Below the pieces are notes generated by a model. It saw only the letters and a program-made list of their open reading frames with translations. It did no database searches and was not told the DNA's origin. A stretch of 64,000 nucleotides of DNA from NCBI GenBank assembly GCA_964291265.2, contig OZ219747.1, positions 3,200,001 to 3,264,000 of the forward strand. Reading direction: 5' to 3'. The DNA comes from Alphaproteobacteria bacterium. Its GTDB lineage: Bacteria; Pseudomonadota; Alphaproteobacteria; SP197. Numbering within the stretch: position 1 is the first letter of the stretch; each line of letters opens with the position of its first letter. Below are positions 35,608 through 46,327 of the stretch, piece by piece. Both the position numbers and the translations under genes were made by a program.

Positions 35608-36813
35608 TCATGGATCATGTTTCGACAGCTCCAGCCTGGAGATCACCGCGCGATGAACTTCATCGGGGCCATCGGCAAAGCGCACGGTGCGGGCGTACAT
35701 CCATGCGTCGGCCAGGATGGTATCCTGGGAAATGCCCATGGCGCCATGGGCCTGGATGGCGCGGTCGGCCACACGCTGGCACAGGTTCGGGGCCACCACC
35801 TTGATGGCGGAGATTTCGCTGCGCGCCTCCCGGCTGCCGACCCTGTCCATCATGTCGGCTGCATGCAGCACGAGATGGCGCGCCATGTCGATTTCAATCC
35901 TGCTGTCGGCAATGTCCGCACGAATCGTGTCCCGGCTTGCCAGGGGTCGGCCGAACGCGACTCTCTCCTTGACCCTGCGGCACATGATGGCGAGGCATCG
36001 CTCGGAAAGTCCGATCAACCGCATGCAGTGGTGGATGCGGCCGGGGCCGAGGCGGCCCTGTGCAATCTCGAAGCCTCGGCCTTCGCCAAGCAACAGGTTG
36101 GACGCCGGTACCTGAACATTGTCGAAGTCCACCTCCATGTGGCCGTGCGGAGCGTGGTCGTTGCCGAACACTGTCATGGGGCGGATCACCCTGACGCCGG
36201 CAGTATCCATGGGAACCAGAATCATGGACTGCTGTCGATGGCGGTCGGCCTCGGGATCGGTCTTTCCCATGACGATCAGGATGCGGCAGCGTGGATCTCC
36301 GGCCCCGGAGATGAACCACTTGCGACCGTGGACCCGGTACCCGTTGCCATGACGTTCAATGCGCGTGCGGATGTTCGTGGCATCCGATGACGCTACATCG
36401 GGTTCGGTCATGGCAAAAGCCGAGCGGATGGTGCCGGCGAGCAGCGGTTCAAGCCATTCGCGCTTCTGCTCGTCGGTCCCGTAGCGTTCCAGGACCTCCA
36501 TGTTTCCGGTGTCGGGCGCCGAGCAGTTGAATGCTTCGGGAGCAATCGGACTGCGTCCCATGAGTTCGCACAGGGGTGCATAGTCCAGATTCGACAGGCC
36601 GTGTCCCCGTTTGCTGTCGGGCAGAAACAGGTTCCAGAGGCCTTGAGCCTTCGCCTTCGCCTTGAGTTCCTCGATGACCGGCGGCGCCTTGGTCCAGCCG
36701 TGTCGCCTTGCCTGCTCCCTGTAAAGCGGTTCTGCGGGGTAGATGTTCTCCTCCATGAACGCGGCCACACGCTCGAGGAGTCGTTCCACCCTGGAGTTCT
36801 GTCGAGAAGGCAT
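35608..36813 (-). CDS. Acyl-CoA dehydrogenase (ACAD11-like)
   Basis: [29 protein letters not shown] and DGPDEVH. Confidence 0.93.
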   Translation of the reverse strand: MPSRQNSRVERLLERVAAFMEENIYPAEPLYREQARRHGWTKAPPVIEELKAKAKAQGLWNLFLPDSKRGHGLSNLDYAPLCELMGRSPIAPEAFNCSAPDTGNMEVLERYGTDEQKREWLEPLLAGTIRSAFAMTEPDVASSDATNIRTRIERHGNGYRVHGRKWFISGAGDPRCRILIVMGKTDPEADRHRQQSMILVPMDTAGVRVIRPMTVFGNDHAPHGHMEVDFDNVQVPASNLLLGEGRGFEIAQGRLGPGRIHHCMRLIGLSERCLAIMCRRVKERVAFGRPLASRDTIRADIADSRIEIDMARHLVLHAADMMDRVGSREARSEISAIKVVAPNLCQRVADRAIQAHGAMGISQDTILADAWMYARTVRFADGPDEVHRAVISRLELSKHDP

Positions 36814-36831
36814 GCTGCTCCTCAGGGTCGA

Positions 36832-38466
36832 TCAGGCGGTGGGCAGGACATGATCGCGAAAACGCTCCCGCAACTGAAGCTTCGAGACCTTTCCCGTTGC
36901 CGTGTGGGGAAGGTGATCCACGAACACGATGTCATCCGGCATCCACCACTTGGCAATTCGTCCCTCGAGGTGTCGGCGGATGTCATCGGAATCCGCAGTC
37001 TGGTCCGGGTCGAGGACGATGACCAGCATCGGACGTTCCTGCCAGCGTGGATGGGGCATGGCGATGGCCGCCGCTTCGGCGACTGCCGCGTGACTCATCA
37101 CCTCGTTCTCGAGATCGATGGAGCTGATCCACTCACCGCCGGACTTGATCATGTCCTTCGTGCGGTCCGTGATCTGCAGCATGCTCTCGTCGGCAAGCGT
37201 CGCCACGTCGCCCGTGCGGAACCAGCCGTCATCGGTGAAGGCTGCCGACGTCGCTGCATCGTCATTGTAGTAGCTGCCGATGACCCAGGGACCGCGGCAC
37301 TGGAGTTCCCCCGGAGTGGCGCCGTCCGACGGCACGGGTTGGCCATCGTCGTCGACGAGGCGCAGTTCGACCCCGAAGAGACGTTGCTGGCGCAGTTTGT
37401 GCATGTAGCGCTCATCATCGGCGGCAGTATCGAGGGCGCTGCCATAGGCGCCGCAGGCACACACGGGACTGGTCTCCGTCATTCCCCAGCCCTGCAGGAC
37501 CTCGACTCCGTACTCTTCCTCCCAGGCCTTGAACATGGAGAGCGGGGCGGCAGCGCCGCCGGTCAGAAGACGGGCGACGGTGGAGAGCCTTTGACCGGAC
37601 TGGCGCATCCATGCCAGCAATCCCAGCCATATGGTGGGCACGCCCAGCGCCAGCGTCACGCCTTCGGACTCCATCAGTTGATGGAGGCTTTCGCCATCGA
37701 GTCTCGCCCCTGGAAGGACCAGTGACGCCCCGCAGATCGGCGCCGCGTAGGGTTGACCCCAGGCCTGGACATGGAACATGGGCACCACCGGCATGACCAC
37801 CGCCGTGCGGTTGAGGGGAACGATGCCCGGCGCCAGGACTCCCAGGGCGTGAAGGACGGTGGAGCGATGGCTGTAGAGCGAGCCCTTGGGGTTGCCGGTC
37901 GTACCGGACGTGTAGCACATTGCCGCGGCGGTGTTTTCGTCAAGGCAGGGCCAGTCGAAAGTCTCTGGCATGTCATCGAGGATCTCCTCGTAACAGAGCG
38001 CCCGCTCGAGGGACGTTCTGGGCATGTGCTCCCGGTCGGTCATGATGACCACATGACGCACGCCGGCAAGCCTGTCGGCAAGTTGCTCGACGAGCGGCAC
38101 GAGATCGAGGTCTACGAAGATCGCCCTGTCATCGGCATGGTTGATGATGTAGTCGAGCTGATCGGCAAACAGGCGCGGATTGATGGTGTGGCAGACGGCG
38201 CCCATGCCGGAGACCCCGTAGTAGAGCTCGAAATGCCGGTAGGTGTTCCAGGCGATGGTGGCGACACGGTCACCGGCCCCGATACCGAGCTGCCCCAGGG
38301 CATGGGCCAGTCTGGAGGTTCGCCTGAACGCATCGGCGTACGTGTAGCGGTGAACCGGTCCTTCCACGGTGCGGGAAACGATGCTGGATGCTGGGAAAGC
38401 CTCGGCAGCATGGCGTAGAATGTCGATGATCAGCAGGGGCCTGTCCATCATTCTCCCGGAGAGCAT
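36832..38466 (-). CDS. Acyl-CoA ligase (AMP-forming; medium/long-chain or DmdB-like)
   Basis: [19 protein letters not shown] and KSGGEWISS. Confidence 0.92.
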   Translation of the reverse strand: MLSGRMMDRPLLIIDILRHAAEAFPASSIVSRTVEGPVHRYTYADAFRRTSRLAHALGQLGIGAGDRVATIAWNTYRHFELYYGVSGMGAVCHTINPRLFADQLDYIINHADDRAIFVDLDLVPLVEQLADRLAGVRHVVIMTDREHMPRTSLERALCYEEILDDMPETFDWPCLDENTAAAMCYTSGTTGNPKGSLYSHRSTVLHALGVLAPGIVPLNRTAVVMPVVPMFHVQAWGQPYAAPICGASLVLPGARLDGESLHQLMESEGVTLALGVPTIWLGLLAWMRQSGQRLSTVARLLTGGAAAPLSMFKAWEEEYGVEVLQGWGMTETSPVCACGAYGSALDTAADDERYMHKLRQQRLFGVELRLVDDDGQPVPSDGATPGELQCRGPWVIGSYYNDDAATSAAFTDDGWFRTGDVATLADESMLQITDRTKDMIKSGGEWISSIDLENEVMSHAAVAEAAAIAMPHPRWQERPMLVIVLDPDQTADSDDIRRHLEGRIAKWWMPDDIVFVDHLPHTATGKVSKLQLRERFRDHVLPTA

Positions 38467-38546
38467 CGCCTTCTCCTTCCAAGTTCGAGCCGCGTCTCGC
38501 GGATCATATCAAGCGGCAGGGGAAGCGGCATCACTCTTCGTGCGCG

Positions 38547-39887
38547 ATGGCGGCAGCTAGCGACACCGGGGTACATCGGACCATGCAGGACATATTCGCG
38601 AGGAGTTTCACGGAAACATCGTACTGGTGGGATCTCGCGCCACGCCCCCGGGACGATGGATCGGCGCCGCCTGACAGCGCGGACGTCCTCGTCATCGGAT
38701 CCGGCAATGTCGGACTGTCAGCGGCACTCACCCTGGCGCGAGGCGGCCGCGATGTCCTCGTCCTCGATGCCGAGGCCGCAGGTCACGGCGCCAGCACCCG
38801 CAATTCCGGCTACCTTGGCCGCACGGTGTGGTTCAAGTACGGCGACATGGTCAGGCGCATGGGCCGGGAGGCTGCCGGCAGCATTGCCCGCGAGGCCGCC
38901 ACGGCCCACGACTTCGCGGCAAGCCTCATTCGCGATGAACAGATTGCCTGCTTCTACTCGAACACGGGCCGTCTCATCACCGCGCCCTCGCGGAAGGCGT
39001 ACGAGAAACTTGAGCGTGACCTCGACATGATGAAGGCCGACGGGGTTCCGGTGGAGGCCGACATGGTGCCGCCCGACAAGCTGAGGGAGGAGGTGGCGAG
39101 CGATCTTTACCACGGTGGTCAGGTGTTGCACGGCAACGGCCTCATCCATGCCGGACTCTACCACCAGGGCCTGCTCGACCGGGCCCGTGCCCAGGGTGCG
39201 ACCGTGATCGGCCATTGTCCGGTGACCGCGGTCGAGCGGCAGCGGCGGGGTTTCGTCGTTTCCACGGCGAAAGGAAAGGTGACGGCGCGCGACGTCATGG
39301 TGGCCACCAACGGCTACACGCCGAAGGCCCTTCCCTGGCACCGCCGAAGGGTCGTGCCGGTTCAGGCCTTCAATGTCGTCACCGAGGCCATCGACCCGGT
39401 GCTCATGAAAAAGGTCCTGCCCCGGGGGCGCCCGATGATCGAGAACCGCAATTCGCCGTCGTGGTTGCGGCCCACCGAGGACGGAACGAGGCTTCTGTTC
39501 GGCGGCGCCACGGGAGAGGGGAACCCCTCTCTTCAGGACAAGGCGCGGCGGCTCCATGGGGAACTGCTGCGGGTGGTGCCGGATCTCGAAGGAACGAAAC
39601 TGACCCACTGCTGGAGCGGACAGGTCGCCTTTCCCTTCGATTTCCTGCCCCACAACGGATTTGCCGACGGCATCCACTATGCCATGGGCTGGTGCGCCTC
39701 CGGCGTGCCGATGGGGACCTGGCTCGGCCACAAGACGGCCCAGCGCATTCTCGGTGACAGTGATGCGCGGACGGCGCTTACGGACAGGCCCTTCCGTACC
39801 ATGCCGTTCTACCGCGGCGATCCCTGGTTCCTGCCGCTGATCACCGCCTGGATGAGGCGCGCCGACCGCAGGCTGATGCGCGACTGA
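38547..39887 (+). CDS. FAD-dependent oxidoreductase (DadA/PuuB-like)
   Basis: IGSGNVG, GASTRNSG and ATNGY. Confidence 0.88.
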   Translation: MAAASDTGVHRTMQDIFARSFTETSYWWDLAPRPRDDGSAPPDSADVLVIGSGNVGLSAALTLARGGRDVLVLDAEAAGHGASTRNSGYLGRTVWFKYGDMVRRMGREAAGSIAREAATAHDFAASLIRDEQIACFYSNTGRLITAPSRKAYEKLERDLDMMKADGVPVEADMVPPDKLREEVASDLYHGGQVLHGNGLIHAGLYHQGLLDRARAQGATVIGHCPVTAVERQRRGFVVSTAKGKVTARDVMVATNGYTPKALPWHRRRVVPVQAFNVVTEAIDPVLMKKVLPRGRPMIENRNSPSWLRPTEDGTRLLFGGATGEGNPSLQDKARRLHGELLRVVPDLEGTKLTHCWSGQVAFPFDFLPHNGFADGIHYAMGWCASGVPMGTWLGHKTAQRILGDSDARTALTDRPFRTMPFYRGDPWFLPLITAWMRRADRRLMRD

Positions 39888-40482
39888 GCATCGGGATCGC
39901 ATTGGACGATCAAGCCGTCACCGATCTCGCACCCTGGTACGATCATGAGCCCTGCGCATCGCCAGGTTCCCGAAGACCTTCGGCGTGCACCGTGTCGATC
40001 CAGCCCGAGCCTTCGATGTTCCGCGCCCACCCCTGTCGTGTGGAGAGGCTGCCGGAGGTCAAGGGCGAGGCGGCGACGGGGAGGCAGGGTGATCTCCCCG
40101 GCAATGGCGGCGCGGCACGCCGAGACGATGTGGGCCTCGGGGCTCCGGCGGACGCGCCTGTTGTCCCTACGCTTAGGCGCGTTGTCGCACAGCGCCTTGA
40201 TTCAGGCAGATCTCCGCCGGGCACCCTCGAGAGTACTCGCACCGCCTGCAAGGCAAAGGCGCCGTGCTGCATCCATGGGCACTCCACCGGACTGGCCTTC
40301 GAAGGCGACGACACCCCAGGCTTCCATCGCCGCCAGGCAACGGTTGCAGCGATATCCTCCGTGAACGACTGAAGAGATGCGCATGATGCAGGTGCGTGGT
40401 GAGCCATGGGCTTGTTCCGGAGGGGTTGTCGCTGTTCGCGCCGGTCATCGCTCGAACGGGAGAGCGCGTCACCGCGACCGGG

Positions 40483-42195
40483 TCAAACGGGAAAATCGAT
40501 ACGCCATGCGACCGCGGCGCTCGTTGCCATGGCCTCCTGGCGCGCCTCGATCGTCTGCGGCGTCCACTCGGCGTACTGGCTCGCGATGTCCCGGGTCGTC
40601 CGGAAACGGCTATTCGCGAACACTGTCCGTTTGGCTTCGTAGTCGGCATTGCCGGCGTTGCGATTCGAGCCCTCTTCCAGCAACGCCATGTTGCCGAGGC
40701 GCGATGTCTGAGCCTCCAGTTCTCCTTCGCCGAACCGGTCCCAGCCGTCTCCAGGGTTCAGCGGACAGATATGCTCCAAGGTTGTCCGGCTGTCCTCGAA
40801 GTCCAGGCGATTGCCGGATGCCTGCCGCTCCAGTTCGAACAGGATGTAGCGGACAACCCGCTTGTTTCGCGTCTGCGCAACGCCGATGGACTTCTCGCCA
40901 AAACTCAGCCGGAACCGTTCGTCGTCGGGATAGACCGGCCGCAGGCTGCCCATGACTTGGCGGATCGAGGAATGCTCGCCTCGCGTAATCCTCTGGGCTT
41001 CCGCATGGTAGACCCGCTCCTGCTCGCTTCCGTGAAGACCGCCGACGACATTGTAGCGCAAGGAGATGATCACGACCGAGCGCAGCAGCTTCTCGAAGTC
41101 CGCATCGCCCAGAGAACGCCGCGCAGCCAGCAGCAGGGGAAACGGCTGGCGGACGCTGAACATGCGAAGGGTCCGGACATGCTGCTTCCATTCGACAGGC
41201 CAGTCTGAGCCGTCCGGCTGCGTCAACGCCAGATAAGCCTCGATATCGGTTTCGAGTTCCTGCAGGAGCGAAAACGCATCCCTCCTGTTCCGGACTTTGG
41301 CGCGGACGCTCTTGAAAAGGTCCGACAACCGGACGGTTGCTCTCCGGCTTATCCAGTGGACACGCAGAAAGTCCGGAAAGCTCTCCTCCCCGAGCCTTCC
41401 TACGATGCCGTTCCAGCGTCCTTCCAGCGTCTCGATCTCACGCTCGTGCTCGCCCTGGCGATGCAGGAGCGAGAACAGGTAGTTCTTCAGGAGGTCGGTC
41501 GCCGAGAGCCGCACGCCCCGCGCATTCAGCGTTTCGAACACCCGGTAGGCGTTCAATTCGTCGGTGACCGTGATGACGGTGAAGAGCAGCTTGTCGCTCA
41601 TTCCGTCGATCAGCCGAACCACCGCCAGGCCAGGGTCCTCCTCTTCCTCCAGATAGTCCCGAAATCGGCGGTCGAACCACTCGAACGCCTTGCGCATGTC
41701 GTGTTCCGACTTTCTGAATCCCCGTCTCGGCAAGGGCGAGGTCAGCGGAACCAGATATGTCTGGAAATAGTGGTCATTGTTCCGGTTCAGCTTCAGCTTG
41801 GGTTCCGAAACAAGGGTCACCGGATCGAGGTATCCGATATAGGCTTGGCGCAGGCTTTCGAGCCTCTTGCGGGTGTTCTCGGTATCCCGCCCCTGGTCGA
41901 GCAGGACGTTCAATTGCCGCAGGGCGGCCAGCACGAGAATGCTGAGCGTTGTCAGGCGCTGTTGTCCGTCGATGATGTCGAACCGCTTGCCGTCCTCCGA
42001 CTGCAGGACGAGATAGCCCATGTAGTGCGCCGGCTCCCCCTCTGGACGCATGAGCTCGCGAATATCCTGCCAGAGGTCGTCCCACTCCTCCTCGCCCCAG
42101 CTGTAGTCGCGCTGGAACGGCGGCACCCGGTAGAGCAGGCCGTTGCCCATCAACTGGCGCCAGGTGCTGTTGCTGGTATTGAAATTCGTAGCCAT
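40483..42195 (-). CDS. DUF262 + HNH(DUF1524) protein, GmrSD-like restriction/defence enzyme
   Basis: PPFQRDYSW, DGQQR and FETLNARG; C-terminal LEHICP...LGNMALL..N. Confidence 0.88.
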   Translation of the reverse strand: MATNFNTSNSTWRQLMGNGLLYRVPPFQRDYSWGEEEWDDLWQDIRELMRPEGEPAHYMGYLVLQSEDGKRFDIIDGQQRLTTLSILVLAALRQLNVLLDQGRDTENTRKRLESLRQAYIGYLDPVTLVSEPKLKLNRNNDHYFQTYLVPLTSPLPRRGFRKSEHDMRKAFEWFDRRFRDYLEEEEDPGLAVVRLIDGMSDKLLFTVITVTDELNAYRVFETLNARGVRLSATDLLKNYLFSLLHRQGEHEREIETLEGRWNGIVGRLGEESFPDFLRVHWISRRATVRLSDLFKSVRAKVRNRRDAFSLLQELETDIEAYLALTQPDGSDWPVEWKQHVRTLRMFSVRQPFPLLLAARRSLGDADFEKLLRSVVIISLRYNVVGGLHGSEQERVYHAEAQRITRGEHSSIRQVMGSLRPVYPDDERFRLSFGEKSIGVAQTRNKRVVRYILFELERQASGNRLDFEDSRTTLEHICPLNPGDGWDRFGEGELEAQTSRLGNMALLEEGSNRNAGNADYEAKRTVFANSRFRTTRDIASQYAEWTPQTIEARQEAMATSAAVAWRIDFPV

Positions 42196-42300
42196 TCGCG
42201 TGCCGACTCGCCGAAAGGGCCGCCTTGGTTCGCGGCTCGGAATTCGAGTTGCAGATACCTGCTCGCCCCTGTTGATCATTGATCGTCTTTTCTGACGGCG

Positions 42301-43161
42301 TTCGGGTCAAGTCTCTTGTCCCGTCATCTTCACTCGCCTGACGCCGGGAACCGGATGTGCGGTTTCCGGTTGGCAGGAATCGGTCCGGTCTTCGGCCCCA
42401 TCTCCCTTTCCGGCCCGTGGCGACGGGTTAGGCAGCTGGGGCCTGGTCGGCGAACCGGCCTCGGGCGTGTTCACTGTTGTCTGAGCGATGCGATCTGGGC
42501 GTAGACGACGCCGGCCAGGATGACGAGGCCGCCGGCGATCTGTGCGGGCTGAAGCACGGTGCCGAACCAGGCAGCGAGGCCGATGGCCGCGACCGGCACC
42601 AGGTTCCCCCACAAGGTCATGGGCGTGACGCCCAGCCTGTTGACCCCGACGTGCCACATGAGATTGCCGAGCGCGATCGGGACGACGCCGATGGTGACGG
42701 CGAGTGCGATTGTCGTGTCGGTCAGCGGCGCATGCAGGGTCACGAGGCCGGATGCCCATGCGATCGACACTGCGGCCGTGAGAAGGGCGCTTCCCGGCAG
42801 GATGGTGTAGGCGGCGATTTCCGTCTGGCTGAAGCCCTTGAACCAACGCTGTGCGGCGACCGAATGCCATGTCCAGGTCACAAGGGCGAGAAGCATGAAC
42901 CCTTCGCCGCCCGTCACGCTCGCATTCGAGAATTCGTGGATCTTGACCACGAGTCCGCCGGTCACCGCCAGGGTGATGCCGATGATGATGCCCCGGGCAG
43001 GTGGAATGGCGAAGAACACCCTGGCCACCACGGCGGCGATGAGGGGCGCCATGGCGTAGACGATGGCAACGGCAACGGATCCGGCCGAGAAGACGGCAAG
43101 GGTGGTCAGCAGCGAGGCGCAGAACGGACCCGTGAATCCGAGGATCGCCATGCGCCGCCAG
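42301..43161. repeat. Direct repeat copy A (3' part of the DMT gene plus downstream sequence); partner at 54399-55233
   Basis: Coding part is essentially identical at offset 12072; non-coding part has a ~26 bp indel and several SNPs. Confidence 0.93.
42471..43161 (-). pseudogene. 5'-truncated duplicate of the DMT transporter
   Basis: Identical to the 54543-55463 protein from WRRMAILG onward; the N-terminal ~76 aa are missing. Confidence 0.88.
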
Positions 43162-43164
43162 AAA

Positions 43165-43455
43165 TCATCATTGCCCACAAATACCGTCTGGCTAGCTGAT
43201 GTGTTGCCGCACGGCGCTGTCGTCCCCGGCATCGACACTGTAACCAAGCATCCACGCCGTGAACGACAGCGCAGCCTGGCCGTTCCAGGTGATCTCCGCG
43301 CCGGTCGGGCCGTCCTTGCTGCGGTTCAGGTATCCGCCCATCGTCGCCACGAGGCGGAATGCCGCTGAGAGATCTTCGGGCGGCGGCAGCTTGCGGACAT
43401 GCGCGAAGTCTTTCAGCAGCGCCAGTTCGATGTCGGTGAATGCGGTCCTTGCCGG
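43165..43455 (-). pseudogene. IS4-family (IS50/Tn5-like) transposase, C-terminal piece and probable element end
   Basis: LPARTAFTDIELALL...VATMGGYLNRSKDGPTGAEITWNG; ends near TGTGGGCAATGATGA. Confidence 0.75.
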
Positions 43456-43840
43456 AAGCTTGTCGGCGGCGATTTAGAACGGCGGGATATTGGCGGAGAA
43501 CCGCTCTTTTGGGCGCTGATCGTGTGAGTGGGTGACCACGACAGGAGAACGTGCGGCATTGGACGAAGGTCCGCCCGGTCTTTGTTTTCTGCCTATTGTT
43601 GGATCCCATTGGTCTTGCATTGACGTTGACGATGTCGTTCCGGTCGGCGTTTTCTGGCGTTCGGCGTTTGTGGAACGTGATGTGGGAGGGGAGCTTCAGG
43701 CTTTTGCGCGTGGTTTCGTTCTGGCGTTCTCCGTCCTCGTCGTGGTTCGTCGGGCGGGACGATCTCGAGGCTGGAGAGCTGACGGTTTCTGTTGCGCTGG
43801 GCGAAGAGGCTGCGTGCGTTGCGGTTGCGGCGGCGCAGGG

Positions 43841-44580
43841 TGCGGCAGGCGTCGAGTGTTTTCGGGCGGATGCTGCGACCTGTGAGCCAGTCCGGCGGCG
43901 GATCGGGCGTTGCTGCGGCTCAGCGGCTGCGGCAGTCTCGTGATGTGGTGTCGTTTGGACGGCCCGGGGGTTTCCCGGGGAGGCTGAGAGGCGCGTCGGG
44001 GTGAGACGTTCTCATTCCTGGATGGTAACGCGTGACCGCGTTCAAGGGTCTTGCGAGATTACGTGTCCCTTCCGTAGCCGCGTGGCGGTTCGATGTCCTC
44101 GAGAGCCTCGATGTCGGCATCGGCGACGATCTGCAGGCGTTCTCCGTAAGGCGTGTCACGGAGGGTTTCGGGGATGCTGTCGAGGCGGTCACGCCATTCG
44201 TCCTGCAGGGTGCGGCAGGCGTTGAGTGTTTTCGGGCGGATGCTGCGACCTGTGAGCCAGTCCGGCGGCGGATCGGGCGTCGCTGCGGCTCAGAGGCTGC
44301 GGCAGTCTCGTGATGCGGTGTCGTTTGGACGGCCCGGGTGTTTCCCGGGGAGGCTGAGCGGCGCGTCGGGGTGAGACGTTCTCATTCCTGGATGGTAACG
44401 CGTGACCGCGTTCAAGGGTCTTGCGGGATCACGTATCCCTTCCGTAGCCGCGTGGCGGTTCGATGTCCTCGAGGGCCTCGATGTCGGCATCGGCGACGCT
44501 CTGCAGGCGTTCTCCGTAAGGCGTGTCACGGAGGCTTTCGGGGATGCTGTCGAGGTGGTCACGCCATTCGTCCTGCAGGG
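43841..44580. repeat. 370-bp tandem duplication (43841-44210, 44211-44580)
   Basis: Read directly; GCAGGG microhomology at the junctions; a few SNPs. Confidence 0.9.
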
Positions 44581-44749
44581 AGCGCAGTTCGGCCACGGCG
44601 TCGTTCCAGCGTTGCGGTCGCGAGCGCCGGTCACGGTGCTTTGGGGTGTGGACGGGAGGGATGCCGGCCTTGCGCCGTTCCCGGTATCGCCGCTGCTTTT
44701 CGGCGGGCGTGAGGGGCATGAGTGGTCTCCTTGTGACGGACGTGGTCAT
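44429..44749 (-). CDS. Small basic IS21-associated hypothetical protein
   Basis: MPLTPAEKQRRYRERR...RSRPQRWNDAVAEL...PPRGYGRD; ATGA overlap with the upstream gene. Confidence 0.7.
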   Translation of the reverse strand: MTTSVTRRPLMPLTPAEKQRRYRERRKAGIPPVHTPKHRDRRSRPQRWNDAVAELRSLQDEWRDHLDSIPESLRDTPYGERLQSVADADIEALEDIEPPRGYGRDT

Positions 44750-45639
44750 GATCTCGCTTGTGGTTCTTTGGTCCTGGCGTTGACGACGTCGTTCCAGTCG
44801 GCGTTTTCCGGCGGTCTGCGTCTGTGGAACGAGACGTGGGAGGGGAGCTTCATCTTTTTGCGCAGGGTTTCGGCCTGTCGCTCTCCGGCCTCGTCGTGGT
44901 CCTGGGCGAGGACGATGGTCCTGACGTTGAGCAGGCTGCTTGCGGCGAGGCTGATCTGTTCGTGCTGTCTTCGCGAGGGTGCCCCGGCGGTGGAGAGGAA
45001 GGCGTGGCTGGGGGGACATTGGTCGATCTGGGCCAGGCTGAGGGCGTCGACGGCGCTTTCGGTGATGACGAGGGCCTCGAGGTCCGCGGCGGTTCCGGCG
45101 CGGACGGCGAACAGGCTTCGGGTTCCACCGGTGGCGAAGCGTTTCGGTCCGTCGGGGGGACCGATCTCGAAGCCGGTGAGCTTTCGCTTCCTGTTGCGAT
45201 GGGCGAAGAGGACGCGTCCGTTGTGGTCGCGGCGGACCAGGGGGCGGCAGGTGTCGAGGGTCTCCGGGAGGATGCCGCGCCCGGTGAGCCAGTCCGGGGC
45301 CGCATCGGGCGTTGCCGCGGCCCAGAGGCTGCGGAAGTCGCGTGGCGCGGCGTCGGGTGCTGCGAAGCGGGTGCAGATGTCGGCGAAGGCCAGTCCGCGG
45401 TTGAGCATGAAGTCGATGACGGTTCCGTTGTCTTCATCGTTCTGGGTGTTGAAGTAGACTCAGTGTCCGTTGTTGAGGCACTTCGTGACGAGCTTCGGCA
45501 GGCCGGGTGCGCACAGGACGGGGTTGGCGCGTGTCGAGGCCTGTTCGTCGCGGACGTATCCCCAGTCGGCGGCGATGCGTTCGAACGGCATGCGCTTGAC
45601 GGCGTCGAAGTCGACGCGGCGGGGTTTATCGGGTTTCAC
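44746..45639 (-). pseudogene. DUF3991/Toprim-like (primase-like) protein with an in-frame TGA at 45460-45462
   Basis: GH*VYFNTQNDEDNGTVIDF, WLTGRGI, GFEI, VITESAVDALS, LAQDHDEAGE and DWND (Toprim E...DxD). Confidence 0.72.
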
Positions 45640-46327
45640 GCCTGAGCCGCCAGGAGTCGCTGTCGATGGAGATGAGGGTTGCGTCGTGCATGAGCCGGTC
45701 GACGGTGCCGGCGATGCCGGAGGCGCTGGGGAAGACGCGGTCCCACTGGGCGAAGGCGAGGCTTGTCGTGACCATGGTCGAGCGGCGCTGATAGCGCCGC
45801 GAGACGATGGCGTAGAGGATGTCGGCATGGTGGCTTTCGAGGGTCACGTAGCCGATTTCGTCGAGGACGAGCAGGCGGGGCCTGGCGAGGATCGCGAGGC
45901 GGCGGCGCAGCTCGCTGCGCGAGACGGTCTCGGCGAGTGCCTCGAGCAGTTCCGGCGCCTTCTCGAAGCGGACGGTGTGGCCGTGCAGCAGGGCCTGGTG
46001 CGCCACGTTGGCGGCGATCATGGTCTTTCCGGTGCCCTGCCCGCCGACGAGCACGGCGTTGTCCGCACGGTCGACGAAGCCGAGGCCGAAGAGCGCTTCG
46101 ACATGAGCCCGGCTGATGTCGCGCGGCCATGTCCAGTCGAAGTCCGCCAGGGGCTTGAAGGCGGGCAGCCGCGCCGCGGCGCGGCGGCGCTCGTGGCTGC
46201 GGGCCCTGCGGGCCTGTTCCTCGCCGCTGACCACCTCCTCGATCCATGCGGTCCCGGCGACCTCGTCCCAGCGTTCGACGAGCCCGTGGAGGCCGAGCGC
46301 CCGGGCACGCTCCCTGAGCTCGCTCAT
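45626..46327 (-). CDS. istB: IS21 helper ATPase
   Basis: FDWTWP, Walker A GGQGTGKT, Walker B LVLDEIG, DRLMH and SWRL. Confidence 0.93.
   Translation of the reverse strand: MSELRERARALGLHGLVERWDEVAGTAWIEEVVSGEEQARRARSHERRRAAARLPAFKPLADFDWTWPRDISRAHVEALFGLGFVDRADNAVLVGGQGTGKTMIAANVAHQALLHGHTVRFEKAPELLEALAETVSRSELRRRLAILARPRLLVLDEIGYVTLESHHADILYAIVSRRYQRRSTMVTTSLAFAQWDRVFPSASGIAGTVDRLMHDATLISIDSDSWRLRRETR

Noticed and set aside
39900-40480. Short ORFs between the oxidoreductase and the GmrSD-like gene
   Set aside because: No recognisable motif; probably non-coding or decayed.
45460-45462. In-frame TGA as selenocysteine or recoding
   Set aside because: Context GH*VYF suggests a Trp TGG>TGA change, other genes here use TGA as stop, and no SECIS was recognised.
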